A stretch of DNA of 64,000 nucleotides, from assembly GCA_027036135.1 (NCBI GenBank), contig JALVSY010000016.1:1-64000 (forward strand), written 5' to 3'. The notes below the pieces were generated by a model. It was not told the origin of the DNA. It worked only from the letters and a program-made list of their open reading frames with translations, and did not search any database. Positions 9,527-25,460 of this stretch are shown here, one piece after another. Both the position numbers and the translations under genes were made by a program. Source of the DNA: Pyrodictiaceae archaeon (GTDB taxonomy: Archaea > Thermoproteota > Thermoprotei_A > Sulfolobales > Pyrodictiaceae). Numbering within the stretch: position 1 is the first letter of the stretch; the number at the start of each line of letters is the position of its first letter.

Positions 9527-10189
9527 TTGATGCCTGCTAATACGCGGCTGCCGAGCCAGCACGACATAGAGGAGGTACTTAGGAAGACAGGCACGACGAC
9601 AGTCGGGCTTCGCTTTCGCGACTTTGTAGTGTTGGCGGCGGATAGGAGAGCTACAGCAGGGTATTATGTCGCGCATAAGCGTACTAGAAAGATAATCAAA
9701 ATATCAGACTATATGGCTATGACGACAGCAGGGCTTGTAGCAGACGCCCAGACACTAGCGGAGTGGCTTTCCCTCGAGGTTCAGCACTATATGCTAATTA
9801 ATAAAAAACGTATGAGTGTACAAGCAGCTGCCCAACTTCTTGCAACAATACTGCATTCGTCAAGATTCTATCCCTATATAGTCCAATTACTACTGGGCGG
9901 CTATGATACTGCGCCACGATTATATAGCATTGATTGGTACGGCGGAATAACTGAAGAGAAGTACGTAGTGACGGGCTCTGGTTCACCTACAGCAATCGGT
10001 GTTGTAGAAGATCAATATAGGGAGGACTTGAGCATCGAGGAAGCAGTTGATCTCGCAAAGAGAGCTGTAGCCTCCTCGATAAAAAGAGACGCTTTCACAG
10101 GTAATGGGATCAATGTAGTAGTAATAGGTAGGGGCTTCTTCAAGGAGTATAGCTTCAACCTCAAAGATATATTGAAAAGTAAGGTCTAA
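9527..10189 (+). CDS. psmB: proteasome beta subunit, catalytic type with propeptide
   Basis: KTG-TTTVG, AADRRAT, TGSGS. Confidence 0.95.
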   Translation: MMPANTRLPSQHDIEEVLRKTGTTTVGLRFRDFVVLAADRRATAGYYVAHKRTRKIIKISDYMAMTTAGLVADAQTLAEWLSLEVQHYMLINKKRMSVQAAAQLLATILHSSRFYPYIVQLLLGGYDTAPRLYSIDWYGGITEEKYVVTGSGSPTAIGVVEDQYREDLSIEEAVDLAKRAVASSIKRDAFTGNGINVVVIGRGFFKEYSFNLKDILKSKV

Positions 10190-10562
10190 AGCAGAACAAG
10201 TAACAGTCAAGTTTATCAAAAACTTTAAAAAGAGTTGATGAACGCTAGTTCATAGTGTTGGAGACGTAGAGTAAACAATATCATATAATATCATATCATA
10301 TATTAGCTTAAACGGACAAAAAGGATAATTATTTGGTCATGTGTGGCTGAGTCCCGGTTTTTCAGTACTTGTTATGTTAGTCATCTATGCTTGCGCCTGG
10401 TAATCTCTTAAGGATAATTACTGCACAAAGATTCGGACTCGACAAGAGGATGCAATTCATGTCTAAGCATCATTATTACGAATATGAAGACTATCACGTA
10501 TAAAACAATTGTTAACTTCAGGATACGTTATTATGATTACTTGCCCTAGAGGTGTTAAAAAA

Positions 10563-12509
10563 TTGTATAAAAGAAGTGAGTTAAAGAATATAGTAGGACT
10601 AATACTAGCACAACTAACTCCCCGAAATGTGCAAGTAACCAGAATAGAGTTTGAAGGCCCCGAAATAGCAATATATATCAAGAACCCTGATATCATAACA
10701 AAATACCCTGATGTAGCCAAGGATATTGCCAAAAAGCTAAAGAAACGAATAGTAATTCGAACAGATCCGTCAGTTAGAAAGAGTAAGAAAGAGACTGAGG
10801 AACTCATAAGGCAATTAGTGCCAGCTGAGGCGGGAATCAAGGGCATAGAATTCGATGACGTCCTAGGCGAGGTTATCGTAAAGGCTGAGAAGATAGGCTT
10901 GGTGTACGGAAAGAACCGTTCTATATATAATAAGGTCCTTGCTGAGACTGGGTGGAGACTAACCGCAGTTAGGGTACCACCTGTTGACCCAAGGGAGCTT
11001 GATACAGTAAACAAGATACTGCACTATACGCTTGAGCAAAGCAGTTACCGATTAAACTTCCTACGAGCAGCGGGAGAACGTATACATAGAGGAGTCATAT
11101 TAGAGAATAGATATGTACGAATAACAGCATTAGGTGGCTTCATGGAGGTTGGTAGATCTGCTATACTCGTAGAGACTAGTGAGAGTAAAGTACTTCTTGA
11201 TGTAGGCCTCAACCCGGGGTTTAATGATTATAGAATGTTTCCGCGCCTTGATATAGACCAGCTCAAGCTAGAAGAACTAGACGCAGTTGTCGTGACTCAT
11301 GCGCATCTAGACCACGTAGGCCTCGTGCCTTACTTGTTTAAATACGGGTACCGCGGCCCAGTTTATGTAACCAAGCCCACACGCGACTTAATGATTCTAC
11401 AACTGCTTGATCTACTTGATATAATGCATAGAAGTCATAGGGAGCCTCCATATACCCAGCTTGAAGTAAAGAAGATGCTGCTGCATACGATAACCTTGGA
11501 CTATGGAGAAGTAACTGACATTGCTCCCGATATAAAGCTAACCTTCTATAATGCGGGTCATATTCTCGGCTCAGCTATGGCGCATCTCCATATCGGTGAG
11601 GGACTTCATAACATAGTTTATACGGGTGACTTTAAGTTTGGAAGAACAAGGCTCTTAGACAAGGCGGACTATGAGTTTCCCCGCGTGGAGACCTTAATCA
11701 TGGAGAGCACCTATGGAGATAGAGACCAGCCCAGAAGAGACATGGCTGAACTTGAACTTATTAGTGTTATTAGCCGCACAATAGCCAGAGGAGGAAAAGT
11801 ACTAATACCAGCAATGGCTATCGGTAGATCACAAGAAATACTACTAGTATTAACTGATGCCTTTAACAGAAAATTATTGCCAGACGTTAAGGTATATATT
11901 GATGGAAGTATACCCGAGGTAACAGCAATACATCTCTCATATCCTGAACTCCTATCCTCAAAGATTCGTTCCAAAATACTCCAAGGCGCTAATCCGTTCT
12001 ATCATGAGAACATGGAAAAGGTAAAGAATAAGCAAATGAGGGAGGATATTGCTAAATCAAAAGAGCCTGCAGTAATAGTAGCTACATCCGGTATGCTGAA
12101 TGGTGGACCATCCGTAGAATATCTTAGACTCCTAGCATCAGATCCTAAGAACTCGCTAGTATTCGTTGGCTACCAGGCTAAGGGTACTCTCGGAAGGCGC
12201 ATACTTGACGGGGAAAGAGAGGTAACGATGATAGGTGAGGACGGTAAGCTAGAACTAGTAAAAATCAATATGGAGGTAAAGTACATTGAAGGTTTCTCCG
12301 GTCACTCAGACCGAAGACAACTACTAGCATTTCTTGCTAATATGAAGCCGAAGCCTAAGAACATTGTACTGAATCACGGAGAGCCTCAATCAATACTTAA
12401 CCTAGCCGAGACTATAAGGAGAAGAGCTGAGAACCTAGGTCTAGGACCCGATATAAGAGCATACACTCCTAGCGTGCTAGGATCTCTGTACTTGACCGGT
12501 ATAGCTTAG
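10563..12509 (+). CDS. fttA: aCPSF1/FttA beta-CASP ribonuclease, transcription termination factor
   Basis: N-terminal KH region (IEFEGPEIAIY), THAHLDH, AGHILGS, FSGHSD; TTG start after a GAGGTG SD. Confidence 0.95.
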   Translation: MYKRSELKNIVGLILAQLTPRNVQVTRIEFEGPEIAIYIKNPDIITKYPDVAKDIAKKLKKRIVIRTDPSVRKSKKETEELIRQLVPAEAGIKGIEFDDVLGEVIVKAEKIGLVYGKNRSIYNKVLAETGWRLTAVRVPPVDPRELDTVNKILHYTLEQSSYRLNFLRAAGERIHRGVILENRYVRITALGGFMEVGRSAILVETSESKVLLDVGLNPGFNDYRMFPRLDIDQLKLEELDAVVVTHAHLDHVGLVPYLFKYGYRGPVYVTKPTRDLMILQLLDLLDIMHRSHREPPYTQLEVKKMLLHTITLDYGEVTDIAPDIKLTFYNAGHILGSAMAHLHIGEGLHNIVYTGDFKFGRTRLLDKADYEFPRVETLIMESTYGDRDQPRRDMAELELISVISRTIARGGKVLIPAMAIGRSQEILLVLTDAFNRKLLPDVKVYIDGSIPEVTAIHLSYPELLSSKIRSKILQGANPFYHENMEKVKNKQMREDIAKSKEPAVIVATSGMLNGGPSVEYLRLLASDPKNSLVFVGYQAKGTLGRRILDGEREVTMIGEDGKLELVKINMEVKYIEGFSGHSDRRQLLAFLANMKPKPKNIVLNHGEPQSILNLAETIRRRAENLGLGPDIRAYTPSVLGSLYLTGIA

Positions 12510-12997
12510 AGATTCTCAGCGAGTCTCCAATACTTATCCTGTAGATGATGAAGACATCGCGTAACTTTGCCCTTATCCATTTCCTCTATCTCGGCGCTGC
12601 TATAGAGAGCCTCATGTACAGCTAATGGTAATAATTTACTGGGCTCAACAATAACCACTATATCACCCTTATTGAAATCGCGGCTAATCCGGACTATCCC
12701 AGGCCTCATGAGGTTGGCGCCACGTGCAATCGGCATTACGGCTCCTTGGTCAACAACTATTGACGGTAACCAGTTGTAACCGCTCTTGAGGAGAAACTTT
12801 AGATGAGGTACTATTTTTCCCTCGATCTCTATGAATGCAGGCATATTATTAACTATGAATATTTTCACGTCATTTTCAACTACTACTTCGACTTTATCGT
12901 CCCTAGTTATGAGTTCTACTCCATAGAGCGATTTAATTGTTTCAATGAGTTTTTTCTTGTCTTTCTTAGATATTATCCATCTACGCACGTGTGTCAC
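12506..12997 (-). CDS. PUA-domain RNA-binding protein (MCT-1/Tma20-like)
   Basis: VVDQGAV..IARGANLMRPGI; start placed at GTG 12997. Confidence 0.85.
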   Translation of the reverse strand: MTHVRRWIISKKDKKKLIETIKSLYGVELITRDDKVEVVVENDVKIFIVNNMPAFIEIEGKIVPHLKFLLKSGYNWLPSIVVDQGAVMPIARGANLMRPGIVRISRDFNKGDIVVIVEPSKLLPLAVHEALYSSAEIEEMDKGKVTRCLHHLQDKYWRLAENL

Positions 12998-13093
12998 CAC
13001 TGAGGCTTGATAGTGCCCCTGGCTATTGGTGTGAAGAGGGAATGCCCTATAAATCCCTAGGCACTGCCTCCCCCGTGTGCTGGGGGCAGCGGT

Positions 13094-13321
13094 ATGGCTG
13101 AGACAACGCACAAAATCCTATCAGAAAATATAGGAAATGTTGTGCTCGTCAAGCTGCGAGGAGCCAATGAGGTAAGAGGAAAGCTAAAAAGTTATGACCA
13201 GCACCTCAACATAGTGCTAGAAGATGCGGAAGAGATTTTCGAGGATGGACACACCCGTAAACTAGGCACAATAGTGATACGTGGGGACACAGTGCTCCTC
13301 ATATCGCCGGCACAAGCATAA
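13094..13321 (+). CDS. Sm-like archaeal protein SmAP1 (Lsm)
   Basis: [14 protein letters not shown] and IRGDTV Sm motifs; precedes L37e. Confidence 0.95.
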   Translation: MAETTHKILSENIGNVVLVKLRGANEVRGKLKSYDQHLNIVLEDAEEIFEDGHTRKLGTIVIRGDTVLLISPAQA

Positions 13322-13343
13322 CAAGTGAATGAGGTGATATAGC

Positions 13344-13532
13344 ATGTCTAAGGGAACGCCATCCTTTGGCAAAATGAGCAAGAACTATACGCATATACGG
13401 TGCCCGAGATGCGGGAGACATGCCTACAACGTTGCTAAGGGTTACTGTGCTGCATGCGGTTATGGGCGTAGTAGGAGGCTTCGCCGATATTCCTGGATGA
13501 ATAAAAAGGTTAACAGGAAAAGGCTTCGGTAA
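13344..13532 (+). CDS. rpl37e: 50S ribosomal protein L37e
   Basis: [18 protein letters not shown]. Confidence 0.97.
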   Translation: MSKGTPSFGKMSKNYTHIRCPRCGRHAYNVAKGYCAACGYGRSRRLRRYSWMNKKVNRKRLR

Positions 13533-13608
13533 GTAAGTCTACTAGATTTGTATTAACGCATATTAAGTTAGTAAGAACGAGCAGCCTCTGTTGTATAGGG
13601 GGAGAGTA

Positions 13609-13860
13609 GTGGCTAAACAGAAGAAGAAATTCAACATACTTGAGCACGAGCTTGTTCCTCGACATGAGATAGTTCCGCCGGATGAGGCTATCCGTATATT
13701 ACGAGAGCTCAATATTCGGCCGGAGCAGTTGCCCTGGTTGCGAGTAACCGATCCTGTTGCCCGTGAAATAGGAGCTAAGCCCGGGGACATAGTTAGGATT
13801 TATCGTAAGAGCCCCACGGCTGGAGAAATAGTTGTTTATCGCTACGTAGTTGGGTACTAA
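13609..13860 (+). CDS. rpoH: RNA polymerase subunit H (Rpo5)
   Basis: [27 protein letters not shown]. Confidence 0.96.
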   Translation: MAKQKKKFNILEHELVPRHEIVPPDEAIRILRELNIRPEQLPWLRVTDPVAREIGAKPGDIVRIYRKSPTAGEIVVYRYVVGY

Positions 13861-13902
13861 GTTTGTATGAACAAGCATGCTTACATGAGGTGATGGTGTG
13901 TC

Positions 13903-16900
13903 TTGGCTGCTTCCTCTGAGGCTTTTCCCTCTGTCGAGGATAGATGGGTAGTTATGAAAGCATTTATAGATGAGTACGGCTTAGTAAGACAGCACATTGA
14001 TTCCTTTAATAGATTTGTTGAGAAGGAACTTAAACAGATTGTGAGAGAGTTTGGGCGCGTTGCGACCCCTCGAAGGTACTACGAGATAAGGATAGTTGAT
14101 GTTGAGCTAGGCGAGCCAATGGTAATCGAGAGTGATGGGGGAGAACACCCAGTAACCCCGATGGAGTGTAGAATACGTGACCTAACATACGCGGCGCCAA
14201 TCAAGGCGAAAGTAGTCGTAGTAGAGAATGGTGTGGAGCAGGAACCTGAGGAGGTAATTCTCGGCTTTCTCCCAATAATGCTACGCTCAAAGGCGGATCC
14301 GCTTGCTAGGTGCTTCTACGAGGGCGGTGATAGGGAGGAGTGCGAAAGAAGGCTTGTGGATGCTGGCGAGGACCCCAAGGATCCAGGAGGTTATTTCATA
14401 ATAAATGGATCCGAAAGAGTCGTTGTGATGCAAGAAGACCAGGCACTAAACAGAATCCTAGTTGGCAAAGCACGAGCTGGTACTGGTAGCGCGGTTTATA
14501 CAGCTAAGGTTATATCATCCCATGCTGGTGTAAGGTACCAGCTTATACTCGATATGCACAAGGATGGCACACTTCATGTATCGATGAGCAGGGCATTGAG
14601 CAAGATACCATTTGTAGTTCTTATGAGGGCCCTTGGCCTGGAGAGCGATAGAGATATAGTACTAGCGGTTTCACCCGATCCACAGCTGCAACAAATGCTT
14701 ATTCCATCCCTTGAGCAAGCTAGGGCAATAAACACGGTAGAGGATGCACTTGACTACATAGGTAGTAGGTTTAGAGAAGGTATAGGTAAGCCTAGAGAGC
14801 AGAGAATACGCATAGCAGAAAGAGTCCTTGACACCATACTCTTACCGCATATCGGCACCTCTCCTCAAGATAGGCTACGCAAGGCGCTCTTCCTTGGACA
14901 AATGGCTGCTAAGCTCCTTGAGTACGTGCTTGGACGAAGACCCGAGGACGACAAGGATCACTATGCGAATAAGCGTGTCCTCTTAGCAGGCGACCTCATA
15001 GCAATGGTATTCGGGATAGCTATGAGGACGCTTGTATATGATATTAGGCAGCAGCTAGAACGCTTGCGCGCGCGTGGACGTAGAATAACCGCTAGGATGC
15101 TAATAAGATCTGATATAGTTACTAACCGTATACGCGAGGCACTAGCTACAGGTAACTGGCCTGGGCAGAGAACTGGTGTAAGCCAGCTACTTGACAGAAC
15201 TAATTGGCTCTCAATGCTTAGTCATCTTAGGCGCGTGGTATCACAGCTAAGCAGGAGCCAGCCACACTTCGAGGCACGCGATGTTCATGGGACACAGTGG
15301 GGCAGGATATGTCCGTTCGAAACACCTGAAGGCCCTAACTGTGGCCTAGTAAAGAACCTTGCATTAATGGCCTACGTATCACCTGGTGCAGATGAAAGTG
15401 AAGTAGAGAAATTACTCTACAGCATGGGTGTCCGAGACGCTGTAGAGATCTTCAATGAGGTACGGAAAGCAGGCTATTACCCTCCAGAGCTAATGGCATG
15501 GAGCAAAGTGTTCCTAAATGGTAAACTAATAGGGTATCATCCTAAGGGCGAGGAACTAGTATACACTATACGTAAGCTCCGTCGCCAGGGTAAACTTTCA
15601 CCGTATATAAATGTAGCTCATTACAAGACTGAGCATATCAACGAGGTTCACATTAACACAGATCCCGGTCGTCTCCTGCGCCCCGTCTTCGTCGTTGAGG
15701 ACGGCAAACTAGTGTATAGGCCAGAGCATGCTGAGAAACTAAGGCGCGGAGAATGGCGCTTCAGCGACCTGCTTAGAAACGGTATTGTTGAGATGCTTGA
15801 CGCAGAGGAGGAAGAAAACACCTATATCGCATTAAATCCTCAAGATATAACCAAGGAACATACACATATGGAGATATGGCCCGCGGCTATAATGAGCGTT
15901 ACCGCCGCTACGATACCTTATGCTGAGCACAACCAGTCTCCACGTAATACCTATCAAGCAGCTATGGCTAAGCAGGCACTAGGTCTCTATGCCGCTAATT
16001 ATCAAATAAGAGTTGATACTAGGGGTCACCTTCTCCACTATCCGGAGAAGCCACTCGTGCAGACAAGAATGCTTGACGTAATAGGGTTCAACGAGAGGCC
16101 TGCTGGCCAAAACGTTGTAATAGCAGTGATGTCCTTCACGGGCTACAACATAGAGGACGCAATAATAATGAATAAATCCTCTGTTGAACGAGGCTTGGCC
16201 CGTTCAACGTTCTTTAGACTATACGCTACGGAGGAGAGACGATACTCTGGTGGCCTAAGCGACCGCATAGAGGTGCCGGAGCCGAGTGTTGAGGGCTCAA
16301 AACCCCCCGAGATGTACAGGAAACTCGATGCTGATGGTATTGTGAGCCCAGAGGTAGAGGTAAAGGGCGGCGAAGTACTAATAGGCAAGACTAGCCCGCC
16401 CCGCTTCATGGAAGAATATAGAGAGTTTGGAACAGTATCTGTTAGGCGCCGCGACACCTCAGTCACCATGAGGCATGGCGAGAAGGGCTTCGTTGACACA
16501 GTAATACTGACGGAGAACGTTGAGGGCTTCAAGCTAGTCAAGGTACGAGTAAGAGACCAGAGAATACCAGAACTCGGCGACAAGTTCGCTTCACGCCATG
16601 GCCAGAAAGGTGTCATAGGCCTCTTAATACCTCAGTACGACATGCCTTTCACGGAGGATGGGATAACACCCGACATAATCATAAACCCGCATGCATTCCC
16701 TTCAAGAATGACTCTCGGACAGTTATTTGAGACGATAGCGGGCAAATATGCTGCAATATATGCTAGGTTCGTTGACGGCACACCATTCGCAAAGGAGCCA
16801 ATAGAGAACCTTAAGATAGAGCTACTCAAAGCAGGCTATGCTCCCGATGGAACTGAGCTAATGTATGATGGTAGGACTGGCGAGATGCTGCGCAACCCGA

Positions 16901-17325
16901 TACTCATAGGAGTAGTCTATTACCAGAAGCTGCACCACATGGTTGCTGACAAGATGCATGCAAGAGCCAGGGGCCCCATTCAGATACTAACGAGGCAGCC
17001 AACGGAGGGACGCGCAAGGGAGGGTGGTCTACGATTCGGCGAAATGGAGCGCGACTGCCTCGTAGGCCATGGAGCAGCTATGCTCCTGCGGGAAAGAATG
17101 CTAGAGAGCAGTGACAAATACGTCATGTATGTCTGTGAACTCTGTGGCCATATAGCGTGGTTTGATAGAAACAAGCGGAAATACATATGCCCGATACATG
17201 GCGAGAATGGAAAGATATCAGCAGTGGTTGTCCCCTATGCGTTCAAGCTACTGCTACAAGAGCTTATGTCCATGTGCGTAATGCCTAGGCTGAGACTTGC
17301 CCCGAAGTATGAATGGAAGCCGTAA
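13903..17325 (+). CDS. rpoB: RNA polymerase subunit B (Rpo2), unsplit
   Basis: GYFIINGSERV, GDKFASRHGQKG, GLRFGEMERD. Confidence 0.98.
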   Translation: MAASSEAFPSVEDRWVVMKAFIDEYGLVRQHIDSFNRFVEKELKQIVREFGRVATPRRYYEIRIVDVELGEPMVIESDGGEHPVTPMECRIRDLTYAAPIKAKVVVVENGVEQEPEEVILGFLPIMLRSKADPLARCFYEGGDREECERRLVDAGEDPKDPGGYFIINGSERVVVMQEDQALNRILVGKARAGTGSAVYTAKVISSHAGVRYQLILDMHKDGTLHVSMSRALSKIPFVVLMRALGLESDRDIVLAVSPDPQLQQMLIPSLEQARAINTVEDALDYIGSRFREGIGKPREQRIRIAERVLDTILLPHIGTSPQDRLRKALFLGQMAAKLLEYVLGRRPEDDKDHYANKRVLLAGDLIAMVFGIAMRTLVYDIRQQLERLRARGRRITARMLIRSDIVTNRIREALATGNWPGQRTGVSQLLDRTNWLSMLSHLRRVVSQLSRSQPHFEARDVHGTQWGRICPFETPEGPNCGLVKNLALMAYVSPGADESEVEKLLYSMGVRDAVEIFNEVRKAGYYPPELMAWSKVFLNGKLIGYHPKGEELVYTIRKLRRQGKLSPYINVAHYKTEHINEVHINTDPGRLLRPVFVVEDGKLVYRPEHAEKLRRGEWRFSDLLRNGIVEMLDAEEEENTYIALNPQDITKEHTHMEIWPAAIMSVTAATIPYAEHNQSPRNTYQAAMAKQALGLYAANYQIRVDTRGHLLHYPEKPLVQTRMLDVIGFNERPAGQNVVIAVMSFTGYNIEDAIIMNKSSVERGLARSTFFRLYATEERRYSGGLSDRIEVPEPSVEGSKPPEMYRKLDADGIVSPEVEVKGGEVLIGKTSPPRFMEEYREFGTVSVRRRDTSVTMRHGEKGFVDTVILTENVEGFKLVKVRVRDQRIPELGDKFASRHGQKGVIGLLIPQYDMPFTEDGITPDIIINPHAFPSRMTLGQLFETIAGKYAAIYARFVDGTPFAKEPIENLKIELLKAGYAPDGTELMYDGRTGEMLRNPILIGVVYYQKLHHMVADKMHARARGPIQILTRQPTEGRAREGGLRFGEMERDCLVGHGAAMLLRERMLESSDKYVMYVCELCGHIAWFDRNKRKYICPIHGENGKISAVVVPYAFKLLLQELMSMCVMPRLRLAPKYEWKP

Positions 17326-17348
17326 TAAAGTCTATGAGGTGATTATTC

Positions 17349-21261
<3,913 letters not shown>

Positions 21262-21262
<1 letters not shown>

Positions 21263-21597
21263 TGAGCACAGTCCAGGTCGGTGATATTGAGAAGGAATTG
21301 GTGAATGCACTAAAGACCGGCAAAGTTGTCCTAGGTTCGAGGAAGACGCTGAAACTAGTTAAGCTCGGTAAGGCAAAGGCAGTAGTTGTTGCAGAGAATG
21401 CTCCGCCCGAGATACGCGACGACATAATCTACTATGCTAAGCTCGGCAATATACCAGTATATGTCTATCCTGGTACAAGCCTTGAGCTGGGAGCTGTTTG
21501 CGGAAAACCATTTACAGTTGCAAGCCTAGCTATCCTAGATCCCGGAAACTCCCGTATAATTGACCTCATAGAGGCTATACAGTCTCAAGAAGCGTGA
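21262..21597 (+). CDS. rpl30e: 50S ribosomal protein L30e
   Basis: [18 protein letters not shown]. Confidence 0.96.
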
Positions 21598-21633
21598 ACA
21601 AATCTAGATATGAACGGAGGTGTGTGAACGGGT

Positions 21634-22065
21634 TTGGCCAATATAAAGCTAACAGCTGAAGAAATGAGATATATGGCGTTACTCCAGGACCTAACAGGTG
21701 CAGTAGCACGCGATTGCATCATTGATGACGAGAATAACCGTGTAATATTCATAGTTAGGCCTGGTGACGCAGGCAAGGCTATCGGGCGTAGAGGCTCCAA
21801 TATTAATAGGCTCCGTCGTCTCCTCGGTAAAGAAATCGAGGTAATAGAGTATGCTGACACGTTAGAGGATCTAGTTAAGAACATATTCTCGCCAGCACGC
21901 ATACTCAATATCAGGCTAGTAAAGCGTAACGGCAGGAACATACTCTATGTAGTAGTGGATCCAGCTGATAAGGGTAAAGCGATCGGCAAGGGAGGCAAAA
22001 AAGTAGCGATAGCACGCATTGTCCTAAAGAGATACCACGATATAGACGAGGTAAAAATAAGATAA
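21634..22065 (+). CDS. nusA: NusA-like KH protein (archaeal NusA)
   Basis: two KH motifs (AIGRRG, AIGKGG); conserved operon position. Confidence 0.94.
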   Translation: MANIKLTAEEMRYMALLQDLTGAVARDCIIDDENNRVIFIVRPGDAGKAIGRRGSNINRLRRLLGKEIEVIEYADTLEDLVKNIFSPARILNIRLVKRNGRNILYVVVDPADKGKAIGKGGKKVAIARIVLKRYHDIDEVKIR

Positions 22066-22121
22066 GCCCCTCCCTCTACGTAACAGGCTACCGGGTAGGA
22101 CGAAGAAGAGGTGCCCTAGTC

Positions 22122-22565
22122 TTGGCGGGCAAGAAGTCGCCAAATGGGTTCTTCGCAGCACGTAAGCTTAAGCGTAAGAGACTAAAATTCCGCTGGAGCC
22201 AAAGAGAGTTCAAGATACGCATGTTAGGCCTAAAGAAGAAGTACGACCCACTTGAAGGAGCACCAATGGCTCGTGGGATAGTCCTTGAGAAGGTAGGTGT
22301 AGAGGCACGTCAGCCTAATTCAGCTGTACGAAAATGTGTAAGAGTACAACTAGTGAAGAACGGGCGCGTGGTCACAGCCTTCGTGCCAGGTGATGGCGGC
22401 CTCCTCGTAGTAGACGAGCACGACGAGGTACTCATTGAGGGTATTGGCGGCCCACGCGGCCGATCAATGGGCGACATTCCTGGTGTACGCTATAAGGTTG
22501 TAACAGTTAATGGTGTATCACTAAAAGCTATACTAGAGGGCAAAAAGCAGAAGCCACAGCGATGA
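22122..22565 (+). CDS. rps12: 30S ribosomal protein S12 (uS12)
   Basis: [17 protein letters not shown]. Confidence 0.98.
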   Translation: MAGKKSPNGFFAARKLKRKRLKFRWSQREFKIRMLGLKKKYDPLEGAPMARGIVLEKVGVEARQPNSAVRKCVRVQLVKNGRVVTAFVPGDGGLLVVDEHDEVLIEGIGGPRGRSMGDIPGVRYKVVTVNGVSLKAILEGKKQKPQR

Positions 22566-22604
22566 GACGATACAAATAGTTATTATTCCTATCTATTAAG
22601 TAAT

Positions 22605-23090
22605 TCATTCCTCGTTCTCGAAGGATTCTTGCTCATCAACAAGCCTCTTAGATACATAGATAGGCTTATCAAATAATCTTGCTAGGAATATTGCATGACT
22701 TGGCACCATTCTTCTCATCATGTATATTCCTCCTAGATTGAAACTAGCTTTCGCCGTATACAGGTAAGTATTATAGTCTATCTCGTCTATCACGACGTAC
22801 TCTAGCCTCTTTCCTAGTTCCTCGAAGAAGTTCCTCATATCAATTAGTATATCAAATACTGTTTCCCTCATACCAGGTAGGGAGGGTTCATCTTTCTGTC
22901 TCTCGATCTTGTTTAGTGCTTCAACTATCTCGAAAGGTACATTATACAATGTGAATTCTCTGCCATCCTCTAGCTCGAGGACTATAACAGGTATATTAGG
23001 GACGCTCGGAGTAATCATAGCGGTAACGTTACGTGCCTCTAACAGAATATCTGAGCCCTTTGGTGGAGGCAATTCTCTGCTCCTCCTCAA
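22605..23090 (-). CDS. bifunctional nuclease-like (DUF151) protein, antisense within the str cluster
   Basis: LEDGREFTL, VVID..YTAK, PSHAIFLA..PIYV. Confidence 0.75.
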   Translation of the reverse strand: MRRSRELPPPKGSDILLEARNVTAMITPSVPNIPVIVLELEDGREFTLYNVPFEIVEALNKIERQKDEPSLPGMRETVFDILIDMRNFFEELGKRLEYVVIDEIDYNTYLYTAKASFNLGGIYMMRRMVPSHAIFLARLFDKPIYVSKRLVDEQESFENEE

Positions 23091-23203
23091 GCCCTTGCTA
23101 ATCTTATTCTCTGTATACCTTTATTTTCTCTAGTGTTGGAGGTGTAAGCGAGACCTAAATTTATTCCCGGGCGCTCGTGTAGCCCCCTGGGAGGGTACGC
23201 GGT

Positions 23204-23806
23204 ATGAGCGAGCTCCAGGAGCAAGTTCCAGGACTAGACCCTAGGAACATAAAGCTGTTTGGCAAGTGGAGCTTTGAGGGCATAGAGATACGTGACCCAA
23301 GCCTTAAGCGGTATATCTCGCTAAAACCAGTATGGCTCCCCCACACTGGTGGTAGGCACGAGCATAGACGTTTCGGCAAGTCAGAAGTACCCATAGTTGA
23401 GAGGCTCATTAACAGGCTAATGCATCCTGGGCGTAACATGGGCAAGAAGCATTTAGCGTACAACATTGTTAGACAAGCATTTGAGCTAATATATGTAAGG
23501 ACGGGAGAGAACCCGCTACAAGTCCTCGTCCGCGCAATAGAGAATGCTGCACCACGCGAAGACGTTACACGAATAATGTATGGTGGTATAACGTATTTCG
23601 TGTCCGTTGACGTAGCGCCACAGCGTAGAGTCGATGTCGCACTAAAGCACCTAGCTGATGGTGCTAGGATGTGTGCATTCAATAACCCCAAGCCGATAGA
23701 GGAGTGCTTAGCTGATGAGATAATCGCTGCTGCTCATGGCGATACACGAAGCTACGCTGTTAGAAGGAAGGAGGAGATAGAGAGAATAGCTCTAAGCTCA
23801 AGATAA
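23204..23806 (+). CDS. rps7: 30S ribosomal protein S7 (uS7)
   Basis: [25 protein letters not shown]. Confidence 0.98.
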   Translation: MSELQEQVPGLDPRNIKLFGKWSFEGIEIRDPSLKRYISLKPVWLPHTGGRHEHRRFGKSEVPIVERLINRLMHPGRNMGKKHLAYNIVRQAFELIYVRTGENPLQVLVRAIENAAPREDVTRIMYGGITYFVSVDVAPQRRVDVALKHLADGARMCAFNNPKPIEECLADEIIAAAHGDTRSYAVRRKEEIERIALSSR

Positions 23807-23898
23807 CCTCATATATCGCCTTGTATCTATTGTTTACTAAACCTTTATAAGACTCGCTTTATAGAAGCACTTCTCCGGCAAGAAGGAAAGGGGTCTGG

Positions 23899-25227
23899 GT
23901 GAAGAATATGAGCCAGCAGAAGCCGCACCTCAACCTCGTAGTGATAGGGCACGTTGACCACGGTAAGAGCACGCTAGTAGGCCACCTACTATTCCGTCTA
24001 GGATTCGTTGACGAAAAGACTATCAAGATGCTAGAAGAGGAGGCAAAGAAGAAGGGCAAGGAGTCCTTCAAGTACGCGTGGCTACTAGACAAGCTAAAAG
24101 AGGAGAGAGAGCGCGGTGTAACAATAGACCTAAGCTTCGTCAAATTCGAGACAAAGAAGTACTACTTCACAATCATAGATGCCCCTGGTCACAGAGACTT
24201 CGTAAAGAACATGATTACTGGAGCCAGCCAAGCAGACGCAGCAATACTGGTAGTGTCGGCAAGGAAGGGTGAATTCGAGGCAGGTATGAGCGCCGAGGGC
24301 CAGACTCGTGAGCACCTAATACTCGCAAAGACTATGGGCATTGACCAGATAATTGTCGCTGTTAACAAGATGGATGCAACGGAGCCACCTTACAGTAAAC
24401 AAAGATATGAGCAAATAGTGGCAGTACTAAAGAAGTTCATGAAGGGCCTCGGCTACAAGGTTGACGAGATACCATTCATACCTGTATCCGCCTGGACAGG
24501 CGAGAACCTAATAGAGCGAAGCCCCAACATGCCATGGTACAATGGCCCAACACTAGTAGAGGCACTTGATAACTACATCAAGCCACCAAAGAAGCCCGTA
24601 GATAAGCCACTAAGGATACCGATACAGAACGTCTACGTGATACCCGGCGTAGGAACAGTACCAGTAGGCCGTGTAGAGACTGGTGTACTCAGAGTTGGTG
24701 ACAAGGTAGTATTCATGCCGCCAGGTGTGACCGGCGAGGTCCGCAGCATAGAGATGCACCATCAACCACTACAGCAAGCAGAGCCTGGTGACAATATAGG
24801 CTTCAACGTGAGAGGCGTCTCCAAGAAGGATGTAAAGCGTGGAGACGTAGTAGGTCACCTAGACAATCCGCCAACAGTAGCAGACGAGTTCACAGCAAGA
24901 ATCTTCGTAATATGGCACCCAAGCGCCATAACAGTTGGCTACACACCAGTCATACATGCGCACACTGCAAGCATAGCGGCAAGAATAGTAGAAATACAAG
25001 CAAAACTAGACCCAAGAACGGGCCAGGTAGTAGAGAAGAACCCACAGTTCCTAAAGATGGGTGATGCTGCTATAGTGAAGTTCAAGCCAATCAAGCCAAT
25101 GGTCATAGAGAAGTACAGCGAATTCCCACCACTAGGCCGCTTCGCGATGAGAGATATGGGCAAGACCATAGGTATCGGCGTAGTAATAGATATCAAGCCA
25201 GCAAAGGTAGAGATAAGAAAGAAGTAA
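23899..25227 (+). CDS. tuf: translation elongation factor EF-1 alpha
   Basis: [21 protein letters not shown]. Confidence 0.99.
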   Translation: MKNMSQQKPHLNLVVIGHVDHGKSTLVGHLLFRLGFVDEKTIKMLEEEAKKKGKESFKYAWLLDKLKEERERGVTIDLSFVKFETKKYYFTIIDAPGHRDFVKNMITGASQADAAILVVSARKGEFEAGMSAEGQTREHLILAKTMGIDQIIVAVNKMDATEPPYSKQRYEQIVAVLKKFMKGLGYKVDEIPFIPVSAWTGENLIERSPNMPWYNGPTLVEALDNYIKPPKKPVDKPLRIPIQNVYVIPGVGTVPVGRVETGVLRVGDKVVFMPPGVTGEVRSIEMHHQPLQQAEPGDNIGFNVRGVSKKDVKRGDVVGHLDNPPTVADEFTARIFVIWHPSAITVGYTPVIHAHTASIAARIVEIQAKLDPRTGQVVEKNPQFLKMGDAAIVKFKPIKPMVIEKYSEFPPLGRFAMRDMGKTIGIGVVIDIKPAKVEIRKK

Positions 25228-25460
25228 CGAGGAATCATTTTCCCACTACTCTTCTCTTCACGGCACAGAGGTGCTTAGGCATAGACAATTTTTACATAAT
25301 ACATAATTAGCTAACTCACTTCCATAAAACTTCTCACTACTCATTACATATATTCTATTCCTTGGGTTTGAGGCTATTAATCGCTGAAGTATAACAGAAA
25401 GTTGTTAAGGCTTTAATAATCCCCAGGCCGATGATAGTTGAAGGGGAGGAGATAAGAGCC

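Noticed and set aside
6821-10189. Two proteasome beta genes, one lacking the usual Thr1 context
   Set aside because: Paired beta paralogues are normal in Crenarchaeota.
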